From an uncultured Candidatus Saccharibacteria bacterium (GTDB lineage: Bacteria > Patescibacteriota > Andersenbacteria > UBA10190): 64,000 nucleotides of DNA. This document shows positions 18,058 to 27,282 of this stretch, in pieces. The notes under the pieces are model-generated. The model made no database searches. It worked only from the letters and a program-made list of their open reading frames with translations, and was not told the origin of the DNA. The DNA lies in NCBI GenBank assembly GCA_964371255.1, contig CAYJKV010000002.1, positions 66,553-130,552 on the forward strand. The letters are read 5' to 3'. Both the position numbers and the translations under genes were made by a program. Within the stretch, counting starts at the first letter, position 1. Each line of letters begins with the position of its first letter.

Positions 18058-18960
18058 TTACGGCCATTCATAACTGCGTTGCACCCATTCCACTACTGTT
18101 TTAATGTCCTGGAATCTTGATTCACTGCCCAAGACCACCGCCCCGATCCTTTGCCCTTTATCGCCATAAGTCATGACGACCAGGTTTTCTCCCGCCTCAG
18201 TGGTGTATCCTGTTTTAGCTGCCAAGACCGGAAAGTAAGTACCCAGCAGTTGATTAGTTGATTTGAATTTACGTGTTGCTCCGTTCTTGGTCGTTAGTGT
18301 ACCGTCTTCGGAAACCAAGAAGTTGCGCAATATTTTATCCCGATAATTGAGTTGAAACAATTCTTTGATGTCCCTAGCTGTCGAGTATTGTTCACCTCCA
18401 GCTAGGCCGGTCGCGTTGCTGATTTTTGTCGAATAAATACCGTTTTGTTTGATGAATCCATTTGCGGTATATACGAATTCATCTTCTGATCCTGATAAAC
18501 CATACGCCAAACTAACCATCGCATCATTAGCCGAAGCAATTAAGCCAGCGGCTAATAAGTCATCCGCCGACACCACGTCGCCGACCGGTAACTTAATGTT
18601 CGCGCCCATGCGCTGTGCCTTCAATGCCTCTGGTGGTATGGTCACCATCGTATTCATTGGCAAATATTTTCGTATCGTTAAAGCGGTGACTAATTTGCTT
18701 AGACTGGCTACCGGTCGTTTTTCATCAGCATTTTTTTCATACAAAATTATCCCAGTGGATTCATCCCAAACCAAGACTGCTCTAGCCGATAATACCACGT
18801 CAATCGCCTCGCCAGTTTTCATCGGCACCACCGGCCCATTAGTTACCCCCGCCACCGCCCCGGCATCTGTTGTCGACATTTTATCCTGAAGACAATCACT
18901 GCTTTGGTTGCTAACCAATAAGCAACTAATAATAACCACGGCCATGTTTAAGATCGACAT
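18058..18960 (-). CDS. D-alanyl-D-alanine carboxypeptidase (S11 / PBP5-family low-molecular-weight PBP)
   Basis: 300 aa with a signal-like N-terminus, SxxK (ASLSKL), SxN (SANDA) and KTG (KTGYT) active-site motifs. Confidence 0.8.
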   Translation of the reverse strand: MSILNMAVVIISCLLVSNQSSDCLQDKMSTTDAGAVAGVTNGPVVPMKTGEAIDVVLSARAVLVWDESTGIILYEKNADEKRPVASLSKLVTALTIRKYLPMNTMVTIPPEALKAQRMGANIKLPVGDVVSADDLLAAGLIASANDAMVSLAYGLSGSEDEFVYTANGFIKQNGIYSTKISNATGLAGGEQYSTARDIKELFQLNYRDKILRNFLVSEDGTLTTKNGATRKFKSTNQLLGTYFPVLAAKTGYTTEAGENLVVMTYGDKGQRIGAVVLGSESRFQDIKTVVEWVQRSYEWP

Positions 18961-18967
18961 ACTCAGC

Positions 18968-19786
18968 TTACTGATTGGCTTGTCGCCCAGCCGGTTGCGC
19001 GCGGTATTTCCAGAAATATTTTAAAGCTGACTTGATGTGCTCCCGCATTACCCAGTTAGTTGCTAGTCCCCACAAACCCCCATGCTCGCTGGTCCTCTGG
19101 TGGTAATGCGAAAACTTAGCCGTCGGCAAGTACTGAACCTTCCACCCCTTCATCCAAAACCTCCGGCACCAATCGACATCCTCGAAATAAAGGAAGAAAT
19201 TCTCATCCATGCCGCCCACTTGCTCTAAAGCTCTGGCATTAACCATCAGGCATGCACCCATTAACCAATCCACATCAGTGGGCGTCTGATGGTCATAATC
19301 TTTCATTAGAAATTTACGAACGGCCTGCTGTCCATTTTTTGTTTTACCCAACCACGTCCGCCGATATAGTACAGTTAATGGCCGGTAAAATTCATAACAA
19401 GAATATTGCAGCCGGCCGTTCGGTGAAAACAATTTACCGCCCAGGATACCTACCGCCGGATTCGCTTCCATGTATTCAATCATGGACATAATCGCTCCCT
19501 CCAAAACGACGATATCAGGGTTCAATATCAGCCTAAACTCTCCGGTGGTTTCCTTCAGGCCAACATTCACTCCGCCGGCTAGACCCATATTCCTGGCATT
19601 GCTTATCACTCTTATTTCTGGCCACTCAGAACGCAATAACTCCACGCTTTCATCAGCCGAAGCATTGTCCACTATCACAATCTCATATGGCCACGATAAC
19701 GTCTGCTTTAGAATCGATTGTACGCATGCTCGCGTCAGCTGGCCGGTATTATAGTTGACTATAATGATTGATAATTTCATGCCCAT
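18968..19786 (-). CDS. glycosyltransferase family 2
   Basis: 272 aa with LSIIIVNYNTGQLTRACVQSI...VIVDNASADES and the DxD region LNPDIVV, a GT-A fold. Confidence 0.8.
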   Translation of the reverse strand: MGMKLSIIIVNYNTGQLTRACVQSILKQTLSWPYEIVIVDNASADESVELLRSEWPEIRVISNARNMGLAGGVNVGLKETTGEFRLILNPDIVVLEGAIMSMIEYMEANPAVGILGGKLFSPNGRLQYSCYEFYRPLTVLYRRTWLGKTKNGQQAVRKFLMKDYDHQTPTDVDWLMGACLMVNARALEQVGGMDENFFLYFEDVDWCRRFWMKGWKVQYLPTAKFSHYHQRTSEHGGLWGLATNWVMREHIKSALKYFWKYRAQPAGRQANQ

Positions 19787-19797
19787 ATTCTTGAAAA

Positions 19798-20766
19798 CTA
19801 TCTATCTTCTTCGTGGTTATTCTGCCGCCAGTTAATTCGTTTATTCATAATTTTAGGGATGCCCATGACTGTCTCTACCAGCGTTGCTAGTAACGGCCAG
19901 TATACCGCGCCTAGCACCACAAAACCAAGTAACCGTATATCAACAAAGATTTCATGCCGCAGCGCATCTTTAACGGACGCGTTCTTTAGCATCATCCACA
20001 ACCAATTGCGCAGACCATATCGCGTTCTCTTGTCGCGTAATTTCTTAATCAGTAATACTATCCCTTCTCTCCAATTAGCGGCTGTTATTTTACCGAAGCC
20101 CCGGGCATGCACTCCCTGGGTAACGGCCACATATTTACATAGCCACCCTGCCTTCCTAAGACGCCAACCCAAATCCACATCTTCCTTATAAGCAAAAAAG
20201 TCCTCATCAAATATCTGACCATCGTTGCCCCGTACGTCTCGCAGGGCCGCCATTCTAAAACAGCCCGCGGCGCCAGTCACCGCTGCAAGCTCACGACTTT
20301 GTTGATATTGACCTGTATCGATTTCCCCTTCGCCAATCTCTTTGCCATTTAATGTCCAGGTCATCGCAATACCAGTGGAATCAATAATGTCTTGTCCTTC
20401 ACTATTTTTCCCCTTCAATAATTTGCCTTGTACTGCGCCGACTTTTTCATCGTCAAAAGCAGCTCGTAGCATCGACAAGCTTTCTTTAGCCAACACCAAA
20501 TCCGGGTTATGTAGCAGCACTAATTCTGTCGCACATTGCTTGAATCCGATATTATGGGCGGCGCCGAATCCCGTATTACGATCCAGACATATAATATCTG
20601 CTTTCGGTAACATTTGTTTGACAGTTTCCACTGATTCGTCAGACGAGTTATTATCGATATACCGAATCGTTATATCGTCTGGATAAGATGCTAATTGGCT
20701 CAAAGCCTTGGGTAATTCTGTGGCACTATTCCAGCCAACGATTTGAATGGTGAGAGTTTTTTCCAT
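19798..20766 (-). CDS. glycosyltransferase family 2
   Basis: 322 aa with IQIVGWNSATELPK...YIDNNSSDES, NPDLVL and a C-terminal amphipathic/TM segment. Confidence 0.75.
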   Translation of the reverse strand: MEKTLTIQIVGWNSATELPKALSQLASYPDDITIRYIDNNSSDESVETVKQMLPKADIICLDRNTGFGAAHNIGFKQCATELVLLHNPDLVLAKESLSMLRAAFDDEKVGAVQGKLLKGKNSEGQDIIDSTGIAMTWTLNGKEIGEGEIDTGQYQQSRELAAVTGAAGCFRMAALRDVRGNDGQIFDEDFFAYKEDVDLGWRLRKAGWLCKYVAVTQGVHARGFGKITAANWREGIVLLIKKLRDKRTRYGLRNWLWMMLKNASVKDALRHEIFVDIRLLGFVVLGAVYWPLLATLVETVMGIPKIMNKRINWRQNNHEEDR

Positions 20767-20842
20767 AATTGTTGTTTATGCTGCTTCCTTTCAATATATG
20801 GCCTAGTCAAAATTACGTCACTTTATTACTCCTAACACACCC

Positions 20843-20870
20843 TTGCTTCACTCAACGTAAGGTGTATAAC
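20843..20870 (+). promoter_or_regulatory. candidate promoter TTGCTT-N16-TATAAC upstream of the MurF-like gene
   Basis: Hexamers at 20843..20848 and 20865..20870, about 24 nt before the ATG at 20894, inside a divergent intergenic region. Confidence 0.3.
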
Positions 20871-20893
20871 CCATCCATACGCAAAATACAACC

Positions 20894-22423
20894 ATGGACA
20901 CCATAACCTTAATTAGCCTTCTGCTGGCCACACCAACTATAATCTTTTCTGCCCTATCACAAATATATGTCTGGCAGCGCAAAGAATATCGGTGGGACCG
21001 GGTTCGCGCTGAACTCTCTGAGCGTGGGCTGTCGGCATCTGTTCTAATAATGTCTTTGGCTTATGTGCTGGCTCTCATCTCCTGGTGGTTAAACTTTCCC
21101 TTGCTGGCTGTTCTTTCTCTTGCCCTGTTTCTCTTGCCCTACCTCTGGCGCCTTTTTACCCGGGGGATTTTTCGTCCTGACTGGACAAACAAAGCGCGTT
21201 TGGTCGGGCTCATTGAAGGTGTTGCTCTCTCCCTGCTTTGGCTTATAATTCTCTTCTCTTCTAGTCGTCAGGCAGTTAACTTATTAATCCTGATTATTAT
21301 CGTCACTCCTTTGACGGCCCTCTGTGTCGGTTTGGTGAATTGGCTGACCAACCCTTATAAACGCCGCGTTATTGCCCGGAGCCTCGTTCTTCGTCGCAGT
21401 CTCCCGGACTTGACCGTGGTCGGTGTTACCGGTAGTTATGGTAAAACAACAACTAAGCATCTTTTATCTGTTCTGGTGCCCTCGGCTGTCGTTTCCAGTG
21501 AGCACCGCAATTCTCCTTTCGTTATCGCTCAAGACATGCAGCAACAACTGTCCGATCAGACCAAAGTCTATATCGTGGAAATGAGCGCCTACCGTTCAGG
21601 AGAAATCCGAGAGTTGACTAATCTGACTATGCCAACCGTGGGCGTTATCACCAATATTAGCAACCAGCACCTGGCCCTATTTGGGTCGCTGCCAAAACTA
21701 ATCCAGACAAAATGGGAATTAATTAAGGCGCTACCTTCTTCCGGTATTGCGGTGCTCAATGCGGATGATCATAACCAGATAGTTCAGGCCCATTCCTATC
21801 CTGGCAAGATTTATTGGTTTTCCGCTACTAAACCGGCGGATGTCTATGCTAGTCGCGTCTCTTATTTGCCCGATCAGATTATTTTCCAGCTTCACCTGTT
21901 TTCTCGCGCCTACCCCGTGACCGTACCTTTGCTGAGCGAGGCATACCTGACCAGCCTCTTGGCCGCTGTGACGACGGCCTTAGCGGTCGGGACACCGCCA
22001 GCTGATATTATTAGCCGCCTGCCCTTACTTATGCCATATCCTCGCACTATGCAATTATTAACCGGCCCTTCCAACAGCCAAATTATCGATGATAGTTATT
22101 CAGCTAACGAACAATCCGTTCTGAATGCGCTTCGTCACTTACAGCGTTTTTCCGCCGTTGATCGACGGGTAATCATGGTGCCATTAATTGAATTAGGACC
22201 GACCGCTAAGGCCGTTCATGAGCGGATTGGTTTAGCACTCAAAGCAGCTGGTGCTAAGGTATATGTCTATGGCAGCGCTTGGCATCGCGAGCTTGACCAG
22301 CCATATTTTGCTAATCCTCGTTCTCTTAGAAAAATAGCCTGCCAGAATATATCAGCCCGCACAGTTATTTTACTCGAAGGGCGGATTCCGCCCTTAGTTC
22401 ATCAAGCCTTACATCTTTCCTAG
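20894..22423 (+). CDS. MurF-like Mur ligase (central and C-terminal domains) with an N-terminal ~170-aa polytopic membrane domain replacing the usual N-domain
   Basis: 509 aa. Residues 1-170 are hydrophobic with about 5 predicted TM helices. From residue ~175 come the Mur-ligase P-loop VVGVTGSYGKTTTKHLL and central-domain motifs (TNISNQHL). The C-terminal IIDDSYSANEQS is the MurF-type DDSYNANP signature, unlike the DYAHNP of MurC/MurD. Confidence 0.7.
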   Translation: MDTITLISLLLATPTIIFSALSQIYVWQRKEYRWDRVRAELSERGLSASVLIMSLAYVLALISWWLNFPLLAVLSLALFLLPYLWRLFTRGIFRPDWTNKARLVGLIEGVALSLLWLIILFSSSRQAVNLLILIIIVTPLTALCVGLVNWLTNPYKRRVIARSLVLRRSLPDLTVVGVTGSYGKTTTKHLLSVLVPSAVVSSEHRNSPFVIAQDMQQQLSDQTKVYIVEMSAYRSGEIRELTNLTMPTVGVITNISNQHLALFGSLPKLIQTKWELIKALPSSGIAVLNADDHNQIVQAHSYPGKIYWFSATKPADVYASRVSYLPDQIIFQLHLFSRAYPVTVPLLSEAYLTSLLAAVTTALAVGTPPADIISRLPLLMPYPRTMQLLTGPSNSQIIDDSYSANEQSVLNALRHLQRFSAVDRRVIMVPLIELGPTAKAVHERIGLALKAAGAKVYVYGSAWHRELDQPYFANPRSLRKIACQNISARTVILLEGRIPPLVHQALHLS

Positions 22424-22443
22424 CACCCATATCTATTAATCCT

Positions 22444-23682
22444 ATGCCAATTACCATTTCCCTTTCTCCCAATACACAATCCGATGATGTCTGGCGGGCT
22501 ATGCAAATTTTATTCTCGCCCTGGCGCTGGTCGGACAAAAAAGTTATTGATCAGATCTTACCCATCCTCTCTAAACACTTAGCTAATCGACCAGCTGTCT
22601 TAGTCTCCTCCGGACGTACCGCCATTTATCGCACATTGGAAGCGCTCGGCATTGGCCTGGGTGACGAAGTAATTATTCAAGCCTTCACCTGTCTGGCCGT
22701 TCCCGCTCCTATCCTATGGCGTCATGCCATACCGGTTTATGCCGACATTGATCTCTCAACTTATAATTACAACCTGGCGGATGTCGCAAAAAAAATCACT
22801 CCTCGCACCAAGGCCATCATTGTCCAACATACCTTTGGTATCGCCGGGCCGCTTGCTGGCCTCCGCCAATTAGCCGACCAACACCACCTTACTTTAATCG
22901 AAGACCTGTCGCACGCTTTTGGCGCTTTCTCTAAAGACCACCCGCTCGGCACTTTCGGACATGTGGCTATCTTAAGTTTCGGTCGTGACAAAACCATTTC
23001 CTGTGTCTACGGCGGAGCGATCGTCAGCATAGATGCTGGTCTGATTAAACATATCTCTGCTATTCAAGACTCCTTGCCGCTCGCGCCCGCCTGGTGGGTA
23101 ATACAACAATTGTTGCATCCGATCTTGATGTCGCTGATCGTCCGCTTTTATTTCTGGGGCAGTATTGGCAAAATATTTTTGGTGGGCGCGCAAAAACTTA
23201 AACTACTTAGCATGGCCGTAACCAATAACGAAAAGCTTGGCGGTCAACCCGCGTTTATTAATTGGCAGTTTTCTCCTGCGCTAGGCTTTTTGCTCCGGCA
23301 TCAACTGGGTAAATTCGGGCGGTACACTGCCAGACGTCAGGCCATTGCCCAGCAATATTTGACTCAGCTTCCGGCCGCCAAACAACTTACGCCCGCCAAC
23401 AAACCCAATTGGCTGCGCTTTCCTTTGCGCGTTAAAAACCGAACCCCATTATTGAAGTACGCCCGCCAACATCATATTTTGCTGGGCAATTGGTATGATC
23501 AACCCGTCACCCCGATTAGTTGCCAAGCACCTCATGTCTCTGGCTATCTTCCCGGTTCCTGCCCACAGGCGGAACTGGCAGCTTCTACTACCATCAACTT
23601 ACCGACTAATCCCAGTCTTTCTGACCACCAGATTTCCGAGATTATTGCGGTTTTATCCAAAGCCCGCTGGGCGCGTATTTAA
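22444..23682 (+). CDS. DegT/DnrJ/EryC1/StrS-family PLP-dependent sugar aminotransferase
   Basis: 412 aa with SSGRTAIYRTLEALGIG...GDEVIIQAFTCLA and the Schiff-base lysine region SFGRDKTIS, typical of aminotransferases acting on keto-sugar nucleotides. Confidence 0.8.
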   Translation: MPITISLSPNTQSDDVWRAMQILFSPWRWSDKKVIDQILPILSKHLANRPAVLVSSGRTAIYRTLEALGIGLGDEVIIQAFTCLAVPAPILWRHAIPVYADIDLSTYNYNLADVAKKITPRTKAIIVQHTFGIAGPLAGLRQLADQHHLTLIEDLSHAFGAFSKDHPLGTFGHVAILSFGRDKTISCVYGGAIVSIDAGLIKHISAIQDSLPLAPAWWVIQQLLHPILMSLIVRFYFWGSIGKIFLVGAQKLKLLSMAVTNNEKLGGQPAFINWQFSPALGFLLRHQLGKFGRYTARRQAIAQQYLTQLPAAKQLTPANKPNWLRFPLRVKNRTPLLKYARQHHILLGNWYDQPVTPISCQAPHVSGYLPGSCPQAELAASTTINLPTNPSLSDHQISEIIAVLSKARWARI

Positions 23683-23699
23683 TTTGCCACCTTATATCT

Positions 23700-24716
23700 A
23701 TGGACATTCATCCAATATCCGATCAGCAGTCATGGAACAACTTTGTCCTCTCCTGTCCTGATCAATCATTCCTGCAATCGTGGCAGTGGGGCCAGGTGCA
23801 GCGTCAAATGGGTGAGCCCGTCGATTATTTAGGCTTTTTCTCTGCTGACCGTTTGATTGGCGTTGCCTTGATTATCACTGTGCGCGCGCGGCGAGGTTGG
23901 CACTATCTTGTACCGCATGGTCCCCTAGCCGCGAACAATGAAACAATGCGAAGAATCATTCCTTTCTTAGTTGATTATTTAAGACAACACGCACCGCGTC
24001 GTCTTTCTGCCATCCGTCTCGCTCCTTTCTTGCCGTCGACCCCCGAGCATACCGATTTTTTTAAGCATCAGCGTTTTATCTCTGCTCCTTTGCACGTTCA
24101 CGCGGAACAAACCTGGGTGCTCGATATCAATCGTCCGGACGCTGAATTACTGGCGGGTATGCGGAAAACTACGCGTCAGGCTATTCGAAAAGCCCAACAA
24201 CAAAATGTGACAGTTGAGCTTGTCACCGACGACGCGGCCCTACCTGTTTTTTGGGAACTCTATCAACAAACTAAACAGCGTCACCATTTTGTACCGTGGT
24301 CACATGACATGCTCGCCGCGCAGCTCTCCGTCTTTTCCGCCGCCAATAATGTATTTTCAGTCACTGCTCGCGTCGCTGATCGCCCGGTAGCGGCGGCTAT
24401 CCTAATTCATTTTGGCCATACGGTTTATTATTACCATGGTGCTTCCATCAGGCTGCCCAATGCCGCGCCTGCCAGCCAATTACTACAGTGGCACGCTATT
24501 CAAACAGCTCGCGCTCGCCAGGCTAACCTTTACAATTTTTGGGGTATTGCGCCAGACAACCAACCGCACCACCCTTTTGCCGGCATTACTACTTTTAAAA
24601 AGGGCTTCGGTGGTCGAGCTGTTAATCTTCATCACGCGCAAGACCTGCCCTTAACTTGGCGCTACTGGCCTTTGTTTATAATTGAAAAATCACGCCAGCT
24701 GCGCCGCGGTTTTTAA
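23700..24716 (+). CDS. FemAB-family aminoacyl-tRNA-dependent peptidoglycan peptidyltransferase (FemX-like)
   Basis: 338 aa with the N-terminal FemAB signature FLQSWQWGQV...GW...PHGP and two GNAT-like halves of the FemAB fold. Confidence 0.7.
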   Translation: MDIHPISDQQSWNNFVLSCPDQSFLQSWQWGQVQRQMGEPVDYLGFFSADRLIGVALIITVRARRGWHYLVPHGPLAANNETMRRIIPFLVDYLRQHAPRRLSAIRLAPFLPSTPEHTDFFKHQRFISAPLHVHAEQTWVLDINRPDAELLAGMRKTTRQAIRKAQQQNVTVELVTDDAALPVFWELYQQTKQRHHFVPWSHDMLAAQLSVFSAANNVFSVTARVADRPVAAAILIHFGHTVYYYHGASIRLPNAAPASQLLQWHAIQTARARQANLYNFWGIAPDNQPHHPFAGITTFKKGFGGRAVNLHHAQDLPLTWRYWPLFIIEKSRQLRRGF

Positions 24717-24870
24717 AAAATACTTTCTGTCCTTATCCCCCAATTATTATATCTGCCTCTTTCCGATCAATTGATCATTGCTCCTTACCTAGTACCTCAT
24801 TGATTACAAATACTCGGGCAGCATTTCCTTTTCGATTTATTTATCAAAAGAGCCGCCTTCGTGTGTGTGA

Positions 24871-26343
24871 TTATTCTTCTTGATCGCCGCGTTCACTGTC
24901 TGTCAAAATGACCTGCCTGCTGGCTGCCGTTAATCCGGCCACAATCCAAAACATCGCGTTGGTCGGCCAAATATCCCAAATGTCAATAAAAAACGCCTGC
25001 ATAACAAAGGCTGCCAGCCAACCAACTCCCCACAAACCAATGATTTTACTGGTCGCGTTCGTGGCGCCGATTGTGTCGAAACAACTCAGCAAAAAACGCC
25101 AATATAACCAGCCATATAATAATAAACCAGCTAAACCCATCTCGACCATTGTTTTCAAGTATTGGTTGTCAACCAAGGTCTGGTTCTTGATCAACTGCAC
25201 GTCGCGGCTATTGCCCGTCGCGATGTCATAAATCTGAATATCATCTTGTCTGAAATTTTGCATCATCACGTCACCCAGTCCCTTGCCTACTAACGCTTCC
25301 GTGTTGGTCATGGGTCCGATTAGTCTCGCCATAAATTGCAGCCGCTCCTCGTTACTGGCATAACGCGGGTCGATAAATGATCGGACGTAAATACCGGCGC
25401 GTGTGTAGTGCATCATGCCCAAGGTTCCGCCAACCATAATCACGCCGGCCACTACAATGATTTTTACTAAGGATTTCCGGCTCATTGTCTTGGCTAGCTC
25501 TGTCATGCCCCAAGTGACAATTACCGCACTCATGCCGACTATGAATCCTATCCAAACAGCCCTTGAATAAGTCAGCCAGATGAACGGTAAAATTATCAGC
25601 CACAAGCCCAGCCAAACCAACCGCTGCTTTTTATTAGTCCAAACCATGCCTATGGCAGCCACTAATAAGCAAATACTGACGATGTACTGACCAAAAATAC
25701 TGGGATGTGCCAGTGTGCTGGAAATTCTGGGGATCCAAATCATTCGCACCGGGTCAAATCGCAGCACCGCGCTATCCATGGCCCATAACCACTGATAAAT
25801 ACCTAGTAGCGCCACCACCCCCGCACTATTTAATAACCAGACTAATCGCTGCTTCATCCGTTGCTGTGAATGCGGTAGATACAGTACTCCGAAGTATAAG
25901 AAAGCGTAAATAATAATATCTCGGGCTCGCAGGATTCCCAGCACTAAACCATTATCTGCCCGCAGCGCCTCCATGCCAGTCCAAATTATCAACCAGATAA
26001 TTGGTGTTGTTAGCGCAGCTCTCCGGTAGGGCAATGTTTGCCTGATAATTGGCCAAAGAAATTGCCGTGTGAATAAAGTAACAATAATTACATCTTTAAC
26101 CAGCGTGGCCGTACCAATAGTTTGCGTTATCTTCAGCATTGGCAGGATCGGCGCTAACACTATCAGCAGCCACAATCCTTGTTCCGGATTTTGCCAAACC
26201 CACCAGGCCGTGGCCATAAACAATAGACAGAAAAATCCCAACTGCCAACTCAGAAACACTGCAATAAAACTTGCTACCAAACCGGCTACTATAATCCAAC
26301 TGATACTATTCACCGACTCTTGCCAACGAGATGTCATGTTCAT
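24871..26343 (-). CDS. O-antigen ligase/polymerase-like (Wzy_C-type) polytopic membrane protein
   Basis: About 490 aa with at least 10 TM helices and a Wzy_C-like motif region (LTYSRAVWIGFIVGMSAV). The start chosen at the ATG at 26343 avoids the 49-nt overlap with the upstream GT2 gene; the maximal ORF starts at 26397. Confidence 0.5.
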   Translation of the reverse strand: MNMTSRWQESVNSISWIIVAGLVASFIAVFLSWQLGFFCLLFMATAWWVWQNPEQGLWLLIVLAPILPMLKITQTIGTATLVKDVIIVTLFTRQFLWPIIRQTLPYRRAALTTPIIWLIIWTGMEALRADNGLVLGILRARDIIIYAFLYFGVLYLPHSQQRMKQRLVWLLNSAGVVALLGIYQWLWAMDSAVLRFDPVRMIWIPRISSTLAHPSIFGQYIVSICLLVAAIGMVWTNKKQRLVWLGLWLIILPFIWLTYSRAVWIGFIVGMSAVIVTWGMTELAKTMSRKSLVKIIVVAGVIMVGGTLGMMHYTRAGIYVRSFIDPRYASNEERLQFMARLIGPMTNTEALVGKGLGDVMMQNFRQDDIQIYDIATGNSRDVQLIKNQTLVDNQYLKTMVEMGLAGLLLYGWLYWRFLLSCFDTIGATNATSKIIGLWGVGWLAAFVMQAFFIDIWDIWPTNAMFWIVAGLTAASRQVILTDSERGDQEE

Positions 26344-26348
26344 AACAG

Positions 26349-27236
26349 TTAACCTCTCATTTTTTGCCGCCATTGCTTCATCGAGGCCGGTATCCACAAA
26401 CTAACATTGATGATACTCAATAAGTAAATCAGCATAACAGACGGTGTATTAAAATATTTTCTAGTGTAGCGCAACATACTCTTTAACCACGGCCAATTCT
26501 TTCGGATGCCAATTACCTGCCGAAAACTGACCCCACCCAAATGAATGCCTCGGGCGCTTGGCGTATACCACACTTCCCAGCCCAAATCTGCCGCCCGGTG
26601 ACAATAATCCACTTCCTCAAACCAGACGAAAAATCCGTCATCAAGATACCCCACCTGCTGCCCGCACGTATTCCTAATAAGAAAAATCGCTCCCATGACT
26701 TGATCAACCCTCTGCTCCTGATCGTAATTAATCGTTGCCTCCTTCACCATCAAGCCCAGCTTAAGGGTGAAATAAACCATGTCCTTGGTATTTGGGAAAT
26801 GTCTGACGGAAGGTTGTAGTGTCTGATCGCTGTTTAGGATTTTTGGCCCCACGATCCCGATGCGTTCGTGACGATCCAGCAAGGATACCAAATTGGCTAT
26901 CATCCCAGGCAACGCGACCGTGTCCGGATTTAACAATAAAACGTGGGCGACCGATCCCCGCTCTTGCTGCCTCCTTAAGCCGATATTATTAGCGGCCGCA
27001 AAGCCTAGATTCCGGTCATTCATGATAAACCTGACGGCCGGTTTGTTGTTCAGGTCTGATACCGCCTGTTTTGCCTCGACCACAGATCGATCATTCGACG
27101 CGTTATCGACAACTATTACTTCCTCAATCATTTGCCTCTCCGGCAGGGCCGCTAGTGATCGCACACAATCTGCCAGACAGTGGCCGGTATTCCAGTTCAC
27201 TATTATAATTACGACCGTGCGGTTATCTGCAGTCAT
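26349..27236 (-). CDS. glycosyltransferase family 2
   Basis: 295 aa with VVIIIVNWNTGHCLADCVRSL...VIVVDNASNDRS and LLLNPDTV, a GT-A fold. Confidence 0.8.
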   Translation of the reverse strand: MTADNRTVVIIIVNWNTGHCLADCVRSLAALPERQMIEEVIVVDNASNDRSVVEAKQAVSDLNNKPAVRFIMNDRNLGFAAANNIGLRRQQERGSVAHVLLLNPDTVALPGMIANLVSLLDRHERIGIVGPKILNSDQTLQPSVRHFPNTKDMVYFTLKLGLMVKEATINYDQEQRVDQVMGAIFLIRNTCGQQVGYLDDGFFVWFEEVDYCHRAADLGWEVWYTPSARGIHLGGVSFRQVIGIRKNWPWLKSMLRYTRKYFNTPSVMLIYLLSIINVSLWIPASMKQWRQKMRG

Positions 27237-27282
27237 ATCCGTTATCTATTAAAAAACTAATCCTAATCCTACTTTATATCTA

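Noticed and set aside
24717-24870. 12-bp perfect palindrome GATCAATTGATC (around 24769..24780) in the convergent intergenic region between the FemAB and O-antigen-ligase-like genes
   Set aside because: A single short palindrome is expected by chance in AT-rich intergenic DNA. There is no flanking T-run or repeated copies, so it is not reported as a feature.
26349-26397. 49-nt overlap between the GT2 gene and the O-antigen-ligase-like gene, and the 62-nt ftsW/murD overlap at 15497..15558
   Set aside because: More likely start-codon over-extension of the downstream ORFs, which are maximal ORFs with TTG or early ATG. Internal ATGs at 26343 and 15504 remove the overlaps, so these are not treated as real long overlaps.
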